64,000 nucleotides of DNA from an uncultured Actinomycetota bacterium (GCA_963718235.1 CAVQYR010000002.1:1-64000), one strand, 5' to 3'; counted from the first letter of the stretch, positions 49,939 through 60,398 are shown. Notes: generated by a model not told the origin, from the sequence alone. Program-made: numbers and translations.

Positions 49939-52230
49939 GTGGCTGCGCGCCTGAACCCACGCCTCGTCCTGCTCGTTGCGGTCAGCACCGGGCTGGCAGG
50001 AGGGTGCCTGGCGTGGGTGGTGTCGGATCCGTCGGTCGCTGCAGTCGCGTGGGCCGCGACGTCCGTCCTCGGGTTGGTTGCCTCGGTCGTGTGGGTCTGG
50101 GCCAGCCTGTCGAAGGGTCGCATCGGCGCCGACGTCGTTGCCGTGCTTGCCCTGCTTGGCGCTCTGTGGACCGGTGAGTACCTGGCCGGCGCGATCGTCG
50201 CGTTGATGCTGGCTACGGGACGGATGCTGGAGAGCTGGGCAGAAGGGCGGTCGCGCCGTGAGCTGACGGCGCTGGTGAACCGGGTTCCCCGCACCGCGCA
50301 CCGGATGCGCCCCGACGGCGACGTCGAGGTCGTGCCGTTGACCGACGTCGTTGCCGGTGACCAGATCCTCGTCCGAACCGGCGAGGTGGTTCCGGTTGAT
50401 GGCGTCCTGGTCGCTCCCGCCGTCCTCGACGAGTCGGCCCTGACCGGAGAGGCCATGCCGGTCGACCGGCCTGCTGGCGACCTGGTCAGCAGCGGCGTCG
50501 TGGTGTCCGGATCGCCGGTGCCGCTACGTGCGCTGAGGACCGCCGCCGATAGCACCTATGCCGGAATCGTCCGACTGGTGGAGGAGGCACAGGCATCCAG
50601 CGCACCGTTCGTCCGGATGGCGGATCGGTTTGCTGCGTGGTTCGTGCCTTTCACGGTGCTCCTGGCCGGGAGTGCCTGGGCCTGGTCGGGTGACCCCAAC
50701 CGCGCGGTCGCGGTGCTGGTCGTGGCCACGCCGTGCCCGCTGATCCTGGCGGCGCCGGTTGCTCTGGTGGCGGGCATGGCGCAAAGCGCGCGGCGCGGCG
50801 TCGTCATCAAGGGTGGAGCAGCTCTGGAGCGCCTCGCGCTGGGCAGGGTCGTACTCTTCGACAAGACGGGGACTCTGACCGCTGGCCGCCCTGAGCTGGC
50901 CCAGGTGATCACCGCTCCAGGCGTAGACCCTGCGTCAGTGCTCGGACTGGCCGCGAGTCTCGACCAGGCGTCACCGCACGTTCTCGCCGCCGCCGTCGTC
51001 GCTGCCGCGCGAGGTCGTGGACTCGACCTTTGGACTCCACAGGACGTCGTCGAGCTCAGCGGCCACGGCGTCAGTGGCTCGGTGAACGGGAACTCGGTCT
51101 CGGTCGGCAAGTTCGCCTGGCTGGCCCCCGCCGAGCGACCCGAGTGGCTGCGTCGTGCGGTGGCAAGGAGTGAGGTCGAGTCCGCTGTGCTCGTCCTCGT
51201 GGCCCTCGAAGGCGACGTCATCGGGGCCCTGCTGCTCGTGGATCCCCTTCGCCAGGATGCCCCGCGAATGGTGCGTGCGCTTCGCGGCGCCGGCATCCGG
51301 CGAGTGGTTCTGGTGACCGGTGACCGCGCCGAGGTGGCCGAGACGATCGGCCACGCGCTGGACATCGATGAGGTCTTCGCCGAGCGTCTCCCCGATGAGA
51401 AGCTGGCCATCGTGCGTGGGGAGCGCCCGCGCGGGAGCACCGTGTTCGTGGGTGACGGGGTCAACGACGCACCCGCTCTTGCGGCGGCCGATGTGGGGGT
51501 GGCTCTCGCTGGGCGAGGCGCCACTGCGTCGAGTGAGGCGGCCGACGTGGTGCTCCTCGTAGACCGGATCGATCGCCTGGCCGAGGCCATGGTGATCGCC
51601 CGCCGGTCGCGACGCATCGCCTGGCAGAGCGTCACCCTGGGTATGGGCCTGTCCCTTGCCGCCATGGGTGCGGCGGCCATCGGGCTGCTGACGGCCGTCG
51701 TCGGAGCTCTTCTGCAGGAAGCCATTGATGTGGTGGCGATCCTGAACGCGCTGCGTGCGGCTCGTCCTGTGCGCGCCCCGGCGGTTCGTGGTGAGCCAGC
51801 CGTGATGGGACGGCGACTGATGGCTGAGCACCTCGCCCTGAAACCGTCACTGGAGCGCATTCGGTCCACTGCCGACGGCCTCGACGACGACCATCCCGAA
51901 CACGGTGTTGCCGAGGTTCGCCAACTGCACCGTTGGCTGGTCGACGACCTGCTGCCGCATGAGATCGCCGAGGAGCAGCAGCTGTATCCGGCGATGGCGG
52001 AGGTTCTGGGTGGCTCGGACCCGACCGGCGCGATGAGTCGTGCCCACACCGAGATCCTCCACCTGGTGCGGCGGTTGGGTCTGGTCCTCGATGACCTCGC
52101 GAACCACGAGGCGTCAGCCTCCGACCTCACCGAGCTGCGCCGCCTCTTGTACGGGCTCCATGCCGTCTTGCTGCTGCACTTCGCTCAGGAGGAGGAGGGG
52201 ATGTTCCCCTTGATCGAGGAGCTGGGCTGA
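49939..52230 (+). CDS. P1B-5-type heavy-metal P-type ATPase with C-terminal hemerythrin domain
   Basis: LTGE, ATPCPLILAAP, DKTGT, HVLA, GDGVNDAP, QEAID; hemerythrin EH..HEIAEE..H..HFAQEE. Confidence 0.93.
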   Translation: MAARLNPRLVLLVAVSTGLAGGCLAWVVSDPSVAAVAWAATSVLGLVASVVWVWASLSKGRIGADVVAVLALLGALWTGEYLAGAIVALMLATGRMLESWAEGRSRRELTALVNRVPRTAHRMRPDGDVEVVPLTDVVAGDQILVRTGEVVPVDGVLVAPAVLDESALTGEAMPVDRPAGDLVSSGVVVSGSPVPLRALRTAADSTYAGIVRLVEEAQASSAPFVRMADRFAAWFVPFTVLLAGSAWAWSGDPNRAVAVLVVATPCPLILAAPVALVAGMAQSARRGVVIKGGAALERLALGRVVLFDKTGTLTAGRPELAQVITAPGVDPASVLGLAASLDQASPHVLAAAVVAAARGRGLDLWTPQDVVELSGHGVSGSVNGNSVSVGKFAWLAPAERPEWLRRAVARSEVESAVLVLVALEGDVIGALLLVDPLRQDAPRMVRALRGAGIRRVVLVTGDRAEVAETIGHALDIDEVFAERLPDEKLAIVRGERPRGSTVFVGDGVNDAPALAAADVGVALAGRGATASSEAADVVLLVDRIDRLAEAMVIARRSRRIAWQSVTLGMGLSLAAMGAAAIGLLTAVVGALLQEAIDVVAILNALRAARPVRAPAVRGEPAVMGRRLMAEHLALKPSLERIRSTADGLDDDHPEHGVAEVRQLHRWLVDDLLPHEIAEEQQLYPAMAEVLGGSDPTGAMSRAHTEILHLVRRLGLVLDDLANHEASASDLTELRRLLYGLHAVLLLHFAQEEEGMFPLIEELG

Positions 52231-52234
52231 GCAC

Positions 52235-52639
52235 TCACTCCTTCGCCGGAGCCGCCTTGGCCTGCTCGATCTCGTAGAACTCGTTGAACGCGGCGAAGGC
52301 GCGCGGACCGTAGACCGTTCCGGGCCCGCCCATCATCAAGATCGCCACACCCAGGGTCTCGGCCACCTCCTCCGGCGTCGCGCCGAACTTCGCGGCCCCC
52401 CTTGCATGGGAGGCGATGCATCCGTCACACATCTGGGCCACGCCGATGGCCAGCGCGATGAGCTCCTTGTGCTTGCGGGTCAGGCTCGCCTCGGCGAAGG
52501 CCGCGTTGTGGAGGTGGTTGAAGCCCTCGTACACATCGGGGATCGCGCGACGCAGAGCAGAAGCCGGCAGTCGCAGGTCGTGTTGCACAGCGGTGCCGTA
52601 TGAGACGCCGTGGGTGTGGCCGGGCTGGGAGTCACTCAT
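52235..52639 (-). CDS. Carboxymuconolactone decarboxylase/AhpD-like protein
   Basis: KELIALAIGVAQMCDGCIASH (CxxC..H), MGGPGTVYG. Confidence 0.9.
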   Translation of the reverse strand: MSDSQPGHTHGVSYGTAVQHDLRLPASALRRAIPDVYEGFNHLHNAAFAEASLTRKHKELIALAIGVAQMCDGCIASHARGAAKFGATPEEVAETLGVAILMMGGPGTVYGPRAFAAFNEFYEIEQAKAAPAKE

Positions 52640-52700
52640 ACGCCTAACGTAGTGACGAGCGGCCGTCTGCGGTCGGGTCGATGGTCCCTTGGAGGCACCT

Positions 52701-53879
52701 GTGATCGGTCGAGCGTTCCTCGACGTCGGACTGTCCGACGGGTCGACCAGGAACCTGGTCCTCCACGACGGGTTGGTGGCGGAGTGGCGCGACCCTGGGC
52801 TGGCCATCCCCGACGACGTCGACGTCGTCGCGGCCGACCGGGGGAAGGGCTGGATCGCCGTCCCCGCCCCGGTCGACGCGCACATCCACCCCGACAAGAC
52901 CACCTGGGGCCAACCGTGGCTGTCGCGAGCTCCGGCCCCCGACCTGCACAGCCTGATCGACAACGACGTGCGGGCCCAGCAGTCGTTCACCACCTCGGTG
53001 GCCGACCGGTCGGCAGCCCTGATGCGAACCGCCGCCAACCAGGGGACCCGAGCGATCCGGGCCCACGTGGACGTCGCGCCGGTCCACGGGCTGCGCAACC
53101 TGCACGGGGTCGTCGAGGCAGCGGAGAGGCTGGACGGTCTCCTCGACGTCCAGATCGTCGCCTTCCCGCAGCTGGGACTGCTGCGCGAGCCAGGTACCGC
53201 CGAGCTGATGGATGCCGCCCTCATGGAGGGCGCGTCGATCGTCGGCGGGATCGACCCGCTGGGCCTGGACGGCGACGTCGACGGGCACCTTGACTTGGTG
53301 TTCGGGCTGGCCGAACGCCGTGGCCGGGAGGTCGACGTCCACCTGCACGACGACGGCGAGCCGGGGCTCGCCCAGCTGCTGGAGATCGCGGAGCGTACGC
53401 GCGCGCTCGGTATGGGCGGGCAGGTGACGGTCAGCCATGCCTTCGCGCTGGCCACGGCCCCGACCGGGCGTCGGGCCGAGGTCGCCGAGCAGCTCGCCGG
53501 CGCCGGGGTCGCCCTCACCACCTGCGCCCTCGGCGGGGACCCGGTGCTGCCGGTCTCGGAGCTTCGCAGACTGGGTGTGCGAGTGGCGGCCGGGTCCGAC
53601 GGCGTCCGCGACGCCTGGACGCCGTTCGGGACCGGCTCGATGATCGACCGGGCGCACCTGCTGGCCTATCGCCTCGACGCCGCCACCGACGACGAGCTCG
53701 CCGAGTGCTGGACCGTGTGCTCCACCGCCGGCGCGAACCTGCTCGGGCTGCCCACGCCCGAGCTCGTCGGAGACGGCCCTGCGGACTTCGTCGTGGCGGC
53801 GGCGAACAGTGTCGCCGAGCTCGTGGTGGACCGTCCGGCGCCGTCCGCGGTAGTCCGCGCCGGGCACCTCCTCCCCTGA
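52701..53879 (+). CDS. Amidohydrolase (cytosine deaminase-like)
   Basis: DAHIHPDK, QIVAFPQ, VGGIDP, DVHLHD, VSHAF, GSDGVRDAWTPFG. Confidence 0.9.
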   Translation: MIGRAFLDVGLSDGSTRNLVLHDGLVAEWRDPGLAIPDDVDVVAADRGKGWIAVPAPVDAHIHPDKTTWGQPWLSRAPAPDLHSLIDNDVRAQQSFTTSVADRSAALMRTAANQGTRAIRAHVDVAPVHGLRNLHGVVEAAERLDGLLDVQIVAFPQLGLLREPGTAELMDAALMEGASIVGGIDPLGLDGDVDGHLDLVFGLAERRGREVDVHLHDDGEPGLAQLLEIAERTRALGMGGQVTVSHAFALATAPTGRRAEVAEQLAGAGVALTTCALGGDPVLPVSELRRLGVRVAAGSDGVRDAWTPFGTGSMIDRAHLLAYRLDAATDDELAECWTVCSTAGANLLGLPTPELVGDGPADFVVAAANSVAELVVDRPAPSAVVRAGHLLP

Positions 53880-53926
53880 GCCCACCAGCACCAGCGGGCG
53901 CCGCCGTGGGTCGGTAGGTTGGGGGC

Positions 53927-54670
53927 ATGCCCACGCTCGTACTGCTACGCCACGGCGAAAGCGACTGGAACGCCAAGAACCTGTTCACCGGCTGGGTCGA
54001 CGTCGACCTCACCGAGAAGGGTGAGCAGCAGGCGGTGCGCGGGGGTGAGCTGCTCGTCGAGCACGGGTACCGCCCCGACGTTGTGCACACCTCGGTGATG
54101 CGCCGAGCCATCCGCACGGCCAACCTGGCGCTGGACGCCGCCGACCGCGGGTGGATCCCGGTGCACCGCTCGTGGCGGCTCAACGAGCGTCACTACGGTG
54201 CCCTGCAGGGCAAGGACAAGAAGCAGACCTTGGCCGAGTTCGGCGACGAGCAGTTCATGCTCTGGCGGCGCTCCTACGACACGCCTCCACCTCCGATCGA
54301 CGACGGCGACCCCTTCTCCCAGGTCGGCGACGTGCGCTACCGCACCCTGCCCCCTGAGCTCATGCCGCGCACGGAGTGCCTGAAGGACGTCGTGCACCGG
54401 ATGCTGCCGTACTGGTACGACGCGATCGTTCCCCATCTGCACGAGGGTCGGGTGGTGCTCGTCGCCGCCCATGGCAACTCGTTGCGGGCGCTGGTCAAGC
54501 ACCTCGACGGCATCTCCGACGCCGACATCGCCGGCCTGAACATCCCCACCGGCATCCCACTCGTGTACCACCTCGACGAGGGCATGCACCCGATCACCAA
54601 GGGCGGGGAGTACCTCGACGCCGATGCTGCCGCGTCCGCGATCCAGGCGGTGGCCAACCAAGGGCGTTGA
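53927..54670 (+). CDS. gpmA: 2,3-BPG-dependent phosphoglycerate mutase
   Basis: [36 protein letters not shown]. Confidence 0.97.
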   Translation: MPTLVLLRHGESDWNAKNLFTGWVDVDLTEKGEQQAVRGGELLVEHGYRPDVVHTSVMRRAIRTANLALDAADRGWIPVHRSWRLNERHYGALQGKDKKQTLAEFGDEQFMLWRRSYDTPPPPIDDGDPFSQVGDVRYRTLPPELMPRTECLKDVVHRMLPYWYDAIVPHLHEGRVVLVAAHGNSLRALVKHLDGISDADIAGLNIPTGIPLVYHLDEGMHPITKGGEYLDADAAASAIQAVANQGR

Positions 54671-54731
54671 CGCACCGCGGGCACGCGGATCGCGCACCCC
54701 CGGCACCGGATCGCACTACGCTCCCTGCGTT

Positions 54732-55520
54732 GTGGACCACAACGACGACCTACGGCTGGCGTTCGCACTCGCTGATGCTGCCGCAGCGGTGACGCTGCCC
54801 GCCTTCGGTGGCCGGCAGTCGGTCGAGCTCAAGGCCGACGCCACGCCGGTCACCGTCGTCGACGGGGCGGCTGAGCGGGCGATCCGTGACCTCCTGCGCA
54901 CCCACCGACCCGACGACGGGCTGATCGGCGAAGAGGGCAGCCGGGTCGACAGCGTCAACGGTCGGGTGTGGGTCGTCGACCCGATCGACGGCACCAAGCT
55001 GTTCGCCGAGGGCATCCCGCTGTGGACCACGCTCATCGCGCTGCGAGACGGCGACGAGGTGGTGGTGGCCGTCGCCGACGCACCGGCCCTGGGCGAGCGG
55101 TTCCATGCCGTCCGTGGGGCCGGCGCCTGGTGGGGCGGTGACCGGGTGTGGGTGTCCGACGTCGAGCCGCTGAGCGAGGCTTTCGTCCTGCACGCCGCGC
55201 TCGAGGAGTTCGACCGGGGCACTGGGGTCGACGCTCTGCTGGCGGTGGCCTCGAGGTGCCGTGCGTCCCGTGGGATCGCCGACGCATGGGCGCACCTGCT
55301 CGTGGCCCGGGGCGCGGCGGAGGCCCTGGTGGAGCAGGGCCCCTGCTTCGAGTGGGACTGGGCGGCCACGAGCCTGATCGTCCAGGAAGCTGGAGGGTCC
55401 CTGACCCGCCTGGAGGGGGGCCCAGCGGTACCCGGGTGCCACCTCCTGGTCACCAACGGCCGTGTGGACGCCGAGATCCGCAGCGCCCTCGGTGTCCCGG
55501 GCGGCGCGGCCCCGCCGTGA
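54732..55520 (+). CDS. Inositol monophosphatase family (HisN-like) phosphatase
   Basis: KADATPVT, GEE, WVVDPIDGT, WDWAA. Confidence 0.88.
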   Translation: MDHNDDLRLAFALADAAAAVTLPAFGGRQSVELKADATPVTVVDGAAERAIRDLLRTHRPDDGLIGEEGSRVDSVNGRVWVVDPIDGTKLFAEGIPLWTTLIALRDGDEVVVAVADAPALGERFHAVRGAGAWWGGDRVWVSDVEPLSEAFVLHAALEEFDRGTGVDALLAVASRCRASRGIADAWAHLLVARGAAEALVEQGPCFEWDWAATSLIVQEAGGSLTRLEGGPAVPGCHLLVTNGRVDAEIRSALGVPGGAAPP

Positions 55521-55675
55521 CGGGGGCGGCCTGAGGCAGTCCGATTCGGTTATCCGGAAGTCACCGAACCGTCACCTCCGGAGGTGTCTTGGCGGTCAGA
55601 ATGCGATGCGACAGGTTGGCGTCCGCACCTAGGCTTCCCGCGGACGCCAACCGCTGGGTCTGAGGGAGGACGACG

Positions 55676-57463
55676 ATGGGCAGACTGGCCATGGGCGCCG
55701 CGGGGGCCGCAGCCCTGTTGCTGCTGGCGCTCACCACCGGGACGGGTGTGGGCGTGGCTGCCGACGACACCGCCGCCCCAGACCAGACCGTGCTGCGCGT
55801 CGGAGTCAGCAGCGAGATCGCCAACCCCAACCTGTGGGCGGTCAACAGCGTCGCGGAGTGGAGCGCCGTCACCCTTCAGTACGACATGATGCTGAAGTTC
55901 AGTGACGAGGACCTGTCAGCCGCGCCGTCGCTCGCGGAGTCCTGCGAATCGAGCAACGGGGCCCGGGTCTGGACGTGCAAGATCCGCTCCGGGATCACCT
56001 GGAGCGACGGCGAGCCCTTCACCTCACGCGACATCGCCTTCACCTACGAGTTCGTGCAGGACAAGCAGTTCCCGTACTTCCGCAGCTACATCCCGGAGAA
56101 CTCGACGTTCGAGACGCCGGACGACCAGACCCTGGTGTGGCGCAGCGAGAAGCCGACGTTCGCCCCTGACGTGCCGCCCTGGATCTACATCGTCCCCGAG
56201 CATGTGTGGAGCAAGTACGCCGACGCCGACATCAAGGAGATCAAGGCCGCCGACGTGCTGCCCGTCGTCTCGACGGGTCCGTACACCATGACCCAGGCAA
56301 CGCCGGGGCAGAACTGGACGTTCACCAAGAACCCGGACTACTGGGGCGACGAGCCGACCTACGACACGATCCGGTACATCTACTACACCAACCAGGAGGC
56401 GCTGGTCCAAGCGCTGCGCCAAGGCGAGATCGACATCGCCAACGAGCTCACCAGCGACCTCCTCCCTGCGCTCGAGGGCCAGTCGAACATCGCGGTGCAG
56501 AAGGTCACGGCGGACTGCTGGGTGAACCTGGCCTTCAACTTCGGCGGGCAGGGGCCGGCGTCCGACCCGCTGCCGGCCCTGCAGGACCTCACGGTGCGTA
56601 AGGCCATCGCGCTGGCCATCGACAAGCAGGCGATCGTCGACAAGGTGTACCCGGACGCTGCGGTACCGGGCGAGACGATCATCCGGCCCCTGGCGGAGTT
56701 CTGGCACCTGGACATCCCGGACGACGCCGTGATCCCGTTCGACCCCGACGCGGCCAACCAGCTGCTCGACGACGCCGGCTACGCCCGCGGGCCCGACGGG
56801 GTCCGGGTCGACCCGGCGAACGGCGACCCGCTGAGGATGCGGTTGCCCGTGTCCGGCGACACGGTCGGAAGTGAGGGTGCGGGCAAGCTGATCGCCGGGT
56901 TCCTGAGCCAGATCGGCATCGAGGTCGACGTGCAGCCGGTCACCGCCGGAAAGATGTACGACATCCAGCAGACCGGCGACTTCGACGGCTACATCTGGTA
57001 CTGGTGCGGCGACCCCGACCCGGACTACCAGCTGTCGGTCTTCACCAGCGACCAGTGCGGCGACCTGAGCGACGGCTGCTGGCAGGACGCCACGTTCGAT
57101 GCCTGGTACCGGAAGCAGCGCTTGACCACGGACCAGGAGGAGCGCCGGCAGATCGTGTACGACATGCAGCAGTACGTGTACGACCAGATCCCGGCGATCC
57201 CCCTCGTCTATCCCAACTCGATCCAGGCGTACCGAAGCGATCAGGTCACCGATCTCACGCCAGCCCCCGCTTCCGCGGGGTACATCACCCCCACCTACGG
57301 CAACACCAGCTTCGTGACGGCCCGCCCGGCGAGCTCCTCGGCCGGCGGTGACTCGTCCAACGGGCTCCCACCGTGGCTGTGGGTGGTACTCGTCGTTGCC
57401 GTCGGGATCGGTGGCTTCGCCCTCTACCGGCGCAGTGGCCGGCAGTCCGACGAGGAAGGCTGA
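55676..57463 (+). CDS. Family-5 ABC substrate-binding protein with C-terminal TM anchor
   Basis: Signal peptide; WSDGEPFTSRDIAFT, STGPY, VRKAIALAID; C-terminal PPWLWVVLVVAVGIGGFALYRR. Confidence 0.9.
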   Translation: MGRLAMGAAGAAALLLLALTTGTGVGVAADDTAAPDQTVLRVGVSSEIANPNLWAVNSVAEWSAVTLQYDMMLKFSDEDLSAAPSLAESCESSNGARVWTCKIRSGITWSDGEPFTSRDIAFTYEFVQDKQFPYFRSYIPENSTFETPDDQTLVWRSEKPTFAPDVPPWIYIVPEHVWSKYADADIKEIKAADVLPVVSTGPYTMTQATPGQNWTFTKNPDYWGDEPTYDTIRYIYYTNQEALVQALRQGEIDIANELTSDLLPALEGQSNIAVQKVTADCWVNLAFNFGGQGPASDPLPALQDLTVRKAIALAIDKQAIVDKVYPDAAVPGETIIRPLAEFWHLDIPDDAVIPFDPDAANQLLDDAGYARGPDGVRVDPANGDPLRMRLPVSGDTVGSEGAGKLIAGFLSQIGIEVDVQPVTAGKMYDIQQTGDFDGYIWYWCGDPDPDYQLSVFTSDQCGDLSDGCWQDATFDAWYRKQRLTTDQEERRQIVYDMQQYVYDQIPAIPLVYPNSIQAYRSDQVTDLTPAPASAGYITPTYGNTSFVTARPASSSAGGDSSNGLPPWLWVVLVVAVGIGGFALYRRSGRQSDEEG

Positions 57464-57493
57464 GCTCATGCGGCTCATGCGGCTCGGGCGGTC

Positions 57494-58456
57494 ATGAAGG
57501 CGGGCTACCTCGCCCGCAAGGCTGCCTGGGCACTGGTCACGCTGCTGTTCGTGCTGTTCGTCAACTTCTTCCTGTTCCGGGTGATGCCCGGTGACCCGGT
57601 CGCGCTGCTCGCGCGCAGCCAGCGGCTCACGCCGGAGGCGATCGAGCAGCAGCGGGCACTGTTCGGCCTCGACCAGCCGCTGCTCCAGCAGTTCGGCACC
57701 TACCTGCAGCAGACCCTCTCCCTGAACTTCGGCTCCTCCCTGCTCTCGGGCGAGCCGGTCACGGAGGTGATTGGCTCGCGCATCTGGCCCACCGTCCTGC
57801 TGGTCGGGGTCGGCACGACGCTGGCGATCGTCCTGGGCCTGCTCGCCGGGATCCGCGGCGGTTGGACCCGTGGCAGCGGGTTCGACCGCGGGAGCCTCTA
57901 CGGGTCGCTGATCCTGTATGCGACCCCGGAGGGCTGGCTCGGCATGCTGCTGCTCATCGTGTTCGCCGGCACGCTGGGCTGGTTCCCGTCCGGTGGCTAC
58001 TCGAGCGGTACGGGAACCGGGATCGAGCACGTCACCGACGTCGCGAACCACCTCGTCCTGCCCGCACTGACGCTGACCCTGGGCTACATCGGCCAGTACA
58101 TGATCGTGATGCGCTCGTCCCTCCTGGACGTGAAGGACGAGGACTACATCGCCACCGCGCGGGCCAAGGGGCTCACCGACCCCCTCGTGCGCCGGCGGCA
58201 CGCTGTTCCCAACGCCTTCCTGCCGAGCTTCACGCTGATCGTGCTCAGCTTCGGCTTCGTGCTCGGTGGGGCGATCGTGGTCGAGACGGTCTACTCCTGG
58301 CCCGGGCTCGGGCTGCTCACGTACCAGGCGATCCAGGACCAGGACTTCCCCGTGCTCCAGGCGGTCTTCTTGCTCACGAGCCTGGCGGTGATCGTCGCCA
58401 ACCTGGTCGCCGACGTCACCTACTCGATGCTGGACCCCAGGATCGAGGAGGCGTGA
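57494..58456 (+). CDS. ABC permease (OppB/DppB-like)
   Basis: MPGDP, GLDQP, YIATARAKGL, VETVYSWPGLG, LDPRI. Confidence 0.93.
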   Translation: MKAGYLARKAAWALVTLLFVLFVNFFLFRVMPGDPVALLARSQRLTPEAIEQQRALFGLDQPLLQQFGTYLQQTLSLNFGSSLLSGEPVTEVIGSRIWPTVLLVGVGTTLAIVLGLLAGIRGGWTRGSGFDRGSLYGSLILYATPEGWLGMLLLIVFAGTLGWFPSGGYSSGTGTGIEHVTDVANHLVLPALTLTLGYIGQYMIVMRSSLLDVKDEDYIATARAKGLTDPLVRRRHAVPNAFLPSFTLIVLSFGFVLGGAIVVETVYSWPGLGLLTYQAIQDQDFPVLQAVFLLTSLAVIVANLVADVTYSMLDPRIEEA

Positions 58457-58460
58457 CGAC

Positions 58461-59375
58461 GTGACGACCATCACCTACGACGTCGCGTCGTCGCGTCGCC
58501 TCGCGTGGCAGCGGCGTCGGCGCTCGGCCGCGACGAACTGGAGGCTGTTCCGCCGCAACCGCCAGGCCATGGTGGGCCTTGCGATCCTCGTCGTCTGCCT
58601 CGTGGTGGCGATCATCGGTCCCTGGGTCGTGAACCCCGATCAGATCGACCCCGCGACAGCGACCGGCACGCCGAACAGCCCGCCCTCCCCTGGCTACCCG
58701 CTCGGCACGGACAACTTCGGCCGGTCGGTCCTCTCGCTGCTCGTGATCGGGGCCAGGGTCTCGCTCGTCGTGGGCATCACCGCTGCGGTCGGCGCCGTCC
58801 TGGTCGGCGCGGCGGTCGGCCTGGTGAGCGGCTACTACGGTGGCTCCCGAATCGACACCTTCCTCAGTGCGCTGACCAACTGGTTCCTGGTGATCCCGTG
58901 GCTGGTCCTGGCCATCGCGCTGGCAGCGATCCTCGGGCCGACCCTGTGGAACGTGATCGTCGTGATCGCGGTGACCTCGTGGGCGATCACGGCCCGACTG
59001 GTCCGGTCCCAGGTCCTCAGCATCCGCAAGCTCTCGTACGTCGAGCGGGCCCAGGTGCTGGGTGCCAGCGACTGGACGGTGATCACCCGCTACGTGCTGC
59101 CGAACGTCTTCCCGGTCATCTTCGCCAACACGGTGCTGACGGTGGCCGTAGCCATCCTGTCGGAGACGACGCTGGCGATCCTCGGGCTCGGTGACCCGAA
59201 CTCCGTGTCGTGGGGCCGGGTGATCGAGGAGGCCTTCACCGCGGGCGCGATCACCAACGGCTACTGGTGGTGGCTCATCCCACCGGGCGTCGCGATCGTG
59301 CTGGTCACCCTTGCCTTCACCATGTGTGGGCACGCACTCGACGAGATCTTCAACCCAAGGCTGCGGCACCGATGA
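58461..59375 (+). CDS. ABC permease (OppC/DppC-like)
   Basis: PLGTDNFGR, YVERAQVLGAS, SWGRVI, WWWLIPPG. Confidence 0.93.
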   Translation: MTTITYDVASSRRLAWQRRRRSAATNWRLFRRNRQAMVGLAILVVCLVVAIIGPWVVNPDQIDPATATGTPNSPPSPGYPLGTDNFGRSVLSLLVIGARVSLVVGITAAVGAVLVGAAVGLVSGYYGGSRIDTFLSALTNWFLVIPWLVLAIALAAILGPTLWNVIVVIAVTSWAITARLVRSQVLSIRKLSYVERAQVLGASDWTVITRYVLPNVFPVIFANTVLTVAVAILSETTLAILGLGDPNSVSWGRVIEEAFTAGAITNGYWWWLIPPGVAIVLVTLAFTMCGHALDEIFNPRLRHR

Positions 59376-59386
59376 CAGGAGACGCC

Positions 59387-60379
59387 ATGTCCCACCCTGC
59401 TGTTCCGGTCGGGGTGAACCCGTTCCACGAGCCGGGCGAGTGGCTGAAGTGCGCGCTGCACACGCACAGCACCGTGAGCGACGGCACCCTCTCGCCGCGC
59501 TACCTGGCCGCGTCGTACGAGGAGTCCGGGTTCGACGTGGTGGCGGTCACCGACCACTGGCGGCTCACCGAGGTGCCGTCGACCGACCGGTTGCTCACCA
59601 TCCCGTCGGCCGAGCTGGGGTGGGACATCGCCCGTCCGCACTACCCGCACCAGAGCGCGGAGTTCCTCGTCTACGGCATCGACCACATTCCCGAGGACCC
59701 GGGCGGGAACAGGGACAACTGGATGTTCAACGCCGAGGAGAACTGGGAGGCGCGGACCTTCCCCGATCTGACCACCGGGGTTCGGTGGGCCGACGCCCAG
59801 GGTGCGGTCGTGTACGTGGCACACCCGTACTGGAACCACCTGGACCCGCTCGACATCGCCGAGCAGGAGGGGTTCGTGGGGCTGGAGGTCTTCAACGGCT
59901 CCTCCCACCTCGAGACCGGTCGCGGCGACTCGTCGATGTGGTGGGACACGCTGCTGGGAACGGGCCGTCAGGTGTTCGGCATCGGAACCGACGACCAGCA
60001 CTACCCCCTGTTCGAGCTGGCCACCGGCTGGACCATGGTGAAGGTCGCGGAGCGCAGCCAGCAGGCTGTCCTCGACGCTCTGCGCCACGGCCAGTCCTAC
60101 TTCTCGCACGGCCCGGAGATCCACGACATCAGCGTCGACGGCACGGCGGTCGAGGTGTCGTGCAGCCCCGCCCGGTCGGTGCTGCTGCAGATGGAGGAGG
60201 AGTACGGAGTCAGCGTCAGTGTCGGGCGCGGGGGACGCCGACAGGGACAGATCCTGGCGACCGACGGCAACGGGCTGATCACCCGGGCTCGGCTCGAACC
60301 CACGCACGAGAACCCGCGCTACAAGCGGGTGACCGTGGTCGACGCGGCGGGCGACCGCGCGTGGAGCAACCCGGTCTGA
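59387..60379 (+). CDS. PHP-domain metallohydrolase (CehA/McbA-like)
   Basis: LHTHSTVSDG, VTDH, AHPYW, LEVFN, TDDQH, YFSHGP, AWSNPV. Confidence 0.85.
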   Translation: MSHPAVPVGVNPFHEPGEWLKCALHTHSTVSDGTLSPRYLAASYEESGFDVVAVTDHWRLTEVPSTDRLLTIPSAELGWDIARPHYPHQSAEFLVYGIDHIPEDPGGNRDNWMFNAEENWEARTFPDLTTGVRWADAQGAVVYVAHPYWNHLDPLDIAEQEGFVGLEVFNGSSHLETGRGDSSMWWDTLLGTGRQVFGIGTDDQHYPLFELATGWTMVKVAERSQQAVLDALRHGQSYFSHGPEIHDISVDGTAVEVSCSPARSVLLQMEEEYGVSVSVGRGGRRQGQILATDGNGLITRARLEPTHENPRYKRVTVVDAAGDRAWSNPV

Positions 60380-60398
60380 GCCGCCCGATCAAGGGCAG

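Noticed and set aside
56024-58474. 816-aa minus-strand ORF and similar long antisense ORFs (22411..24111, 47857..49314, 50556..52130)
   Set aside because: Stop-poor shadows of well-supported high-GC genes on the opposite strand
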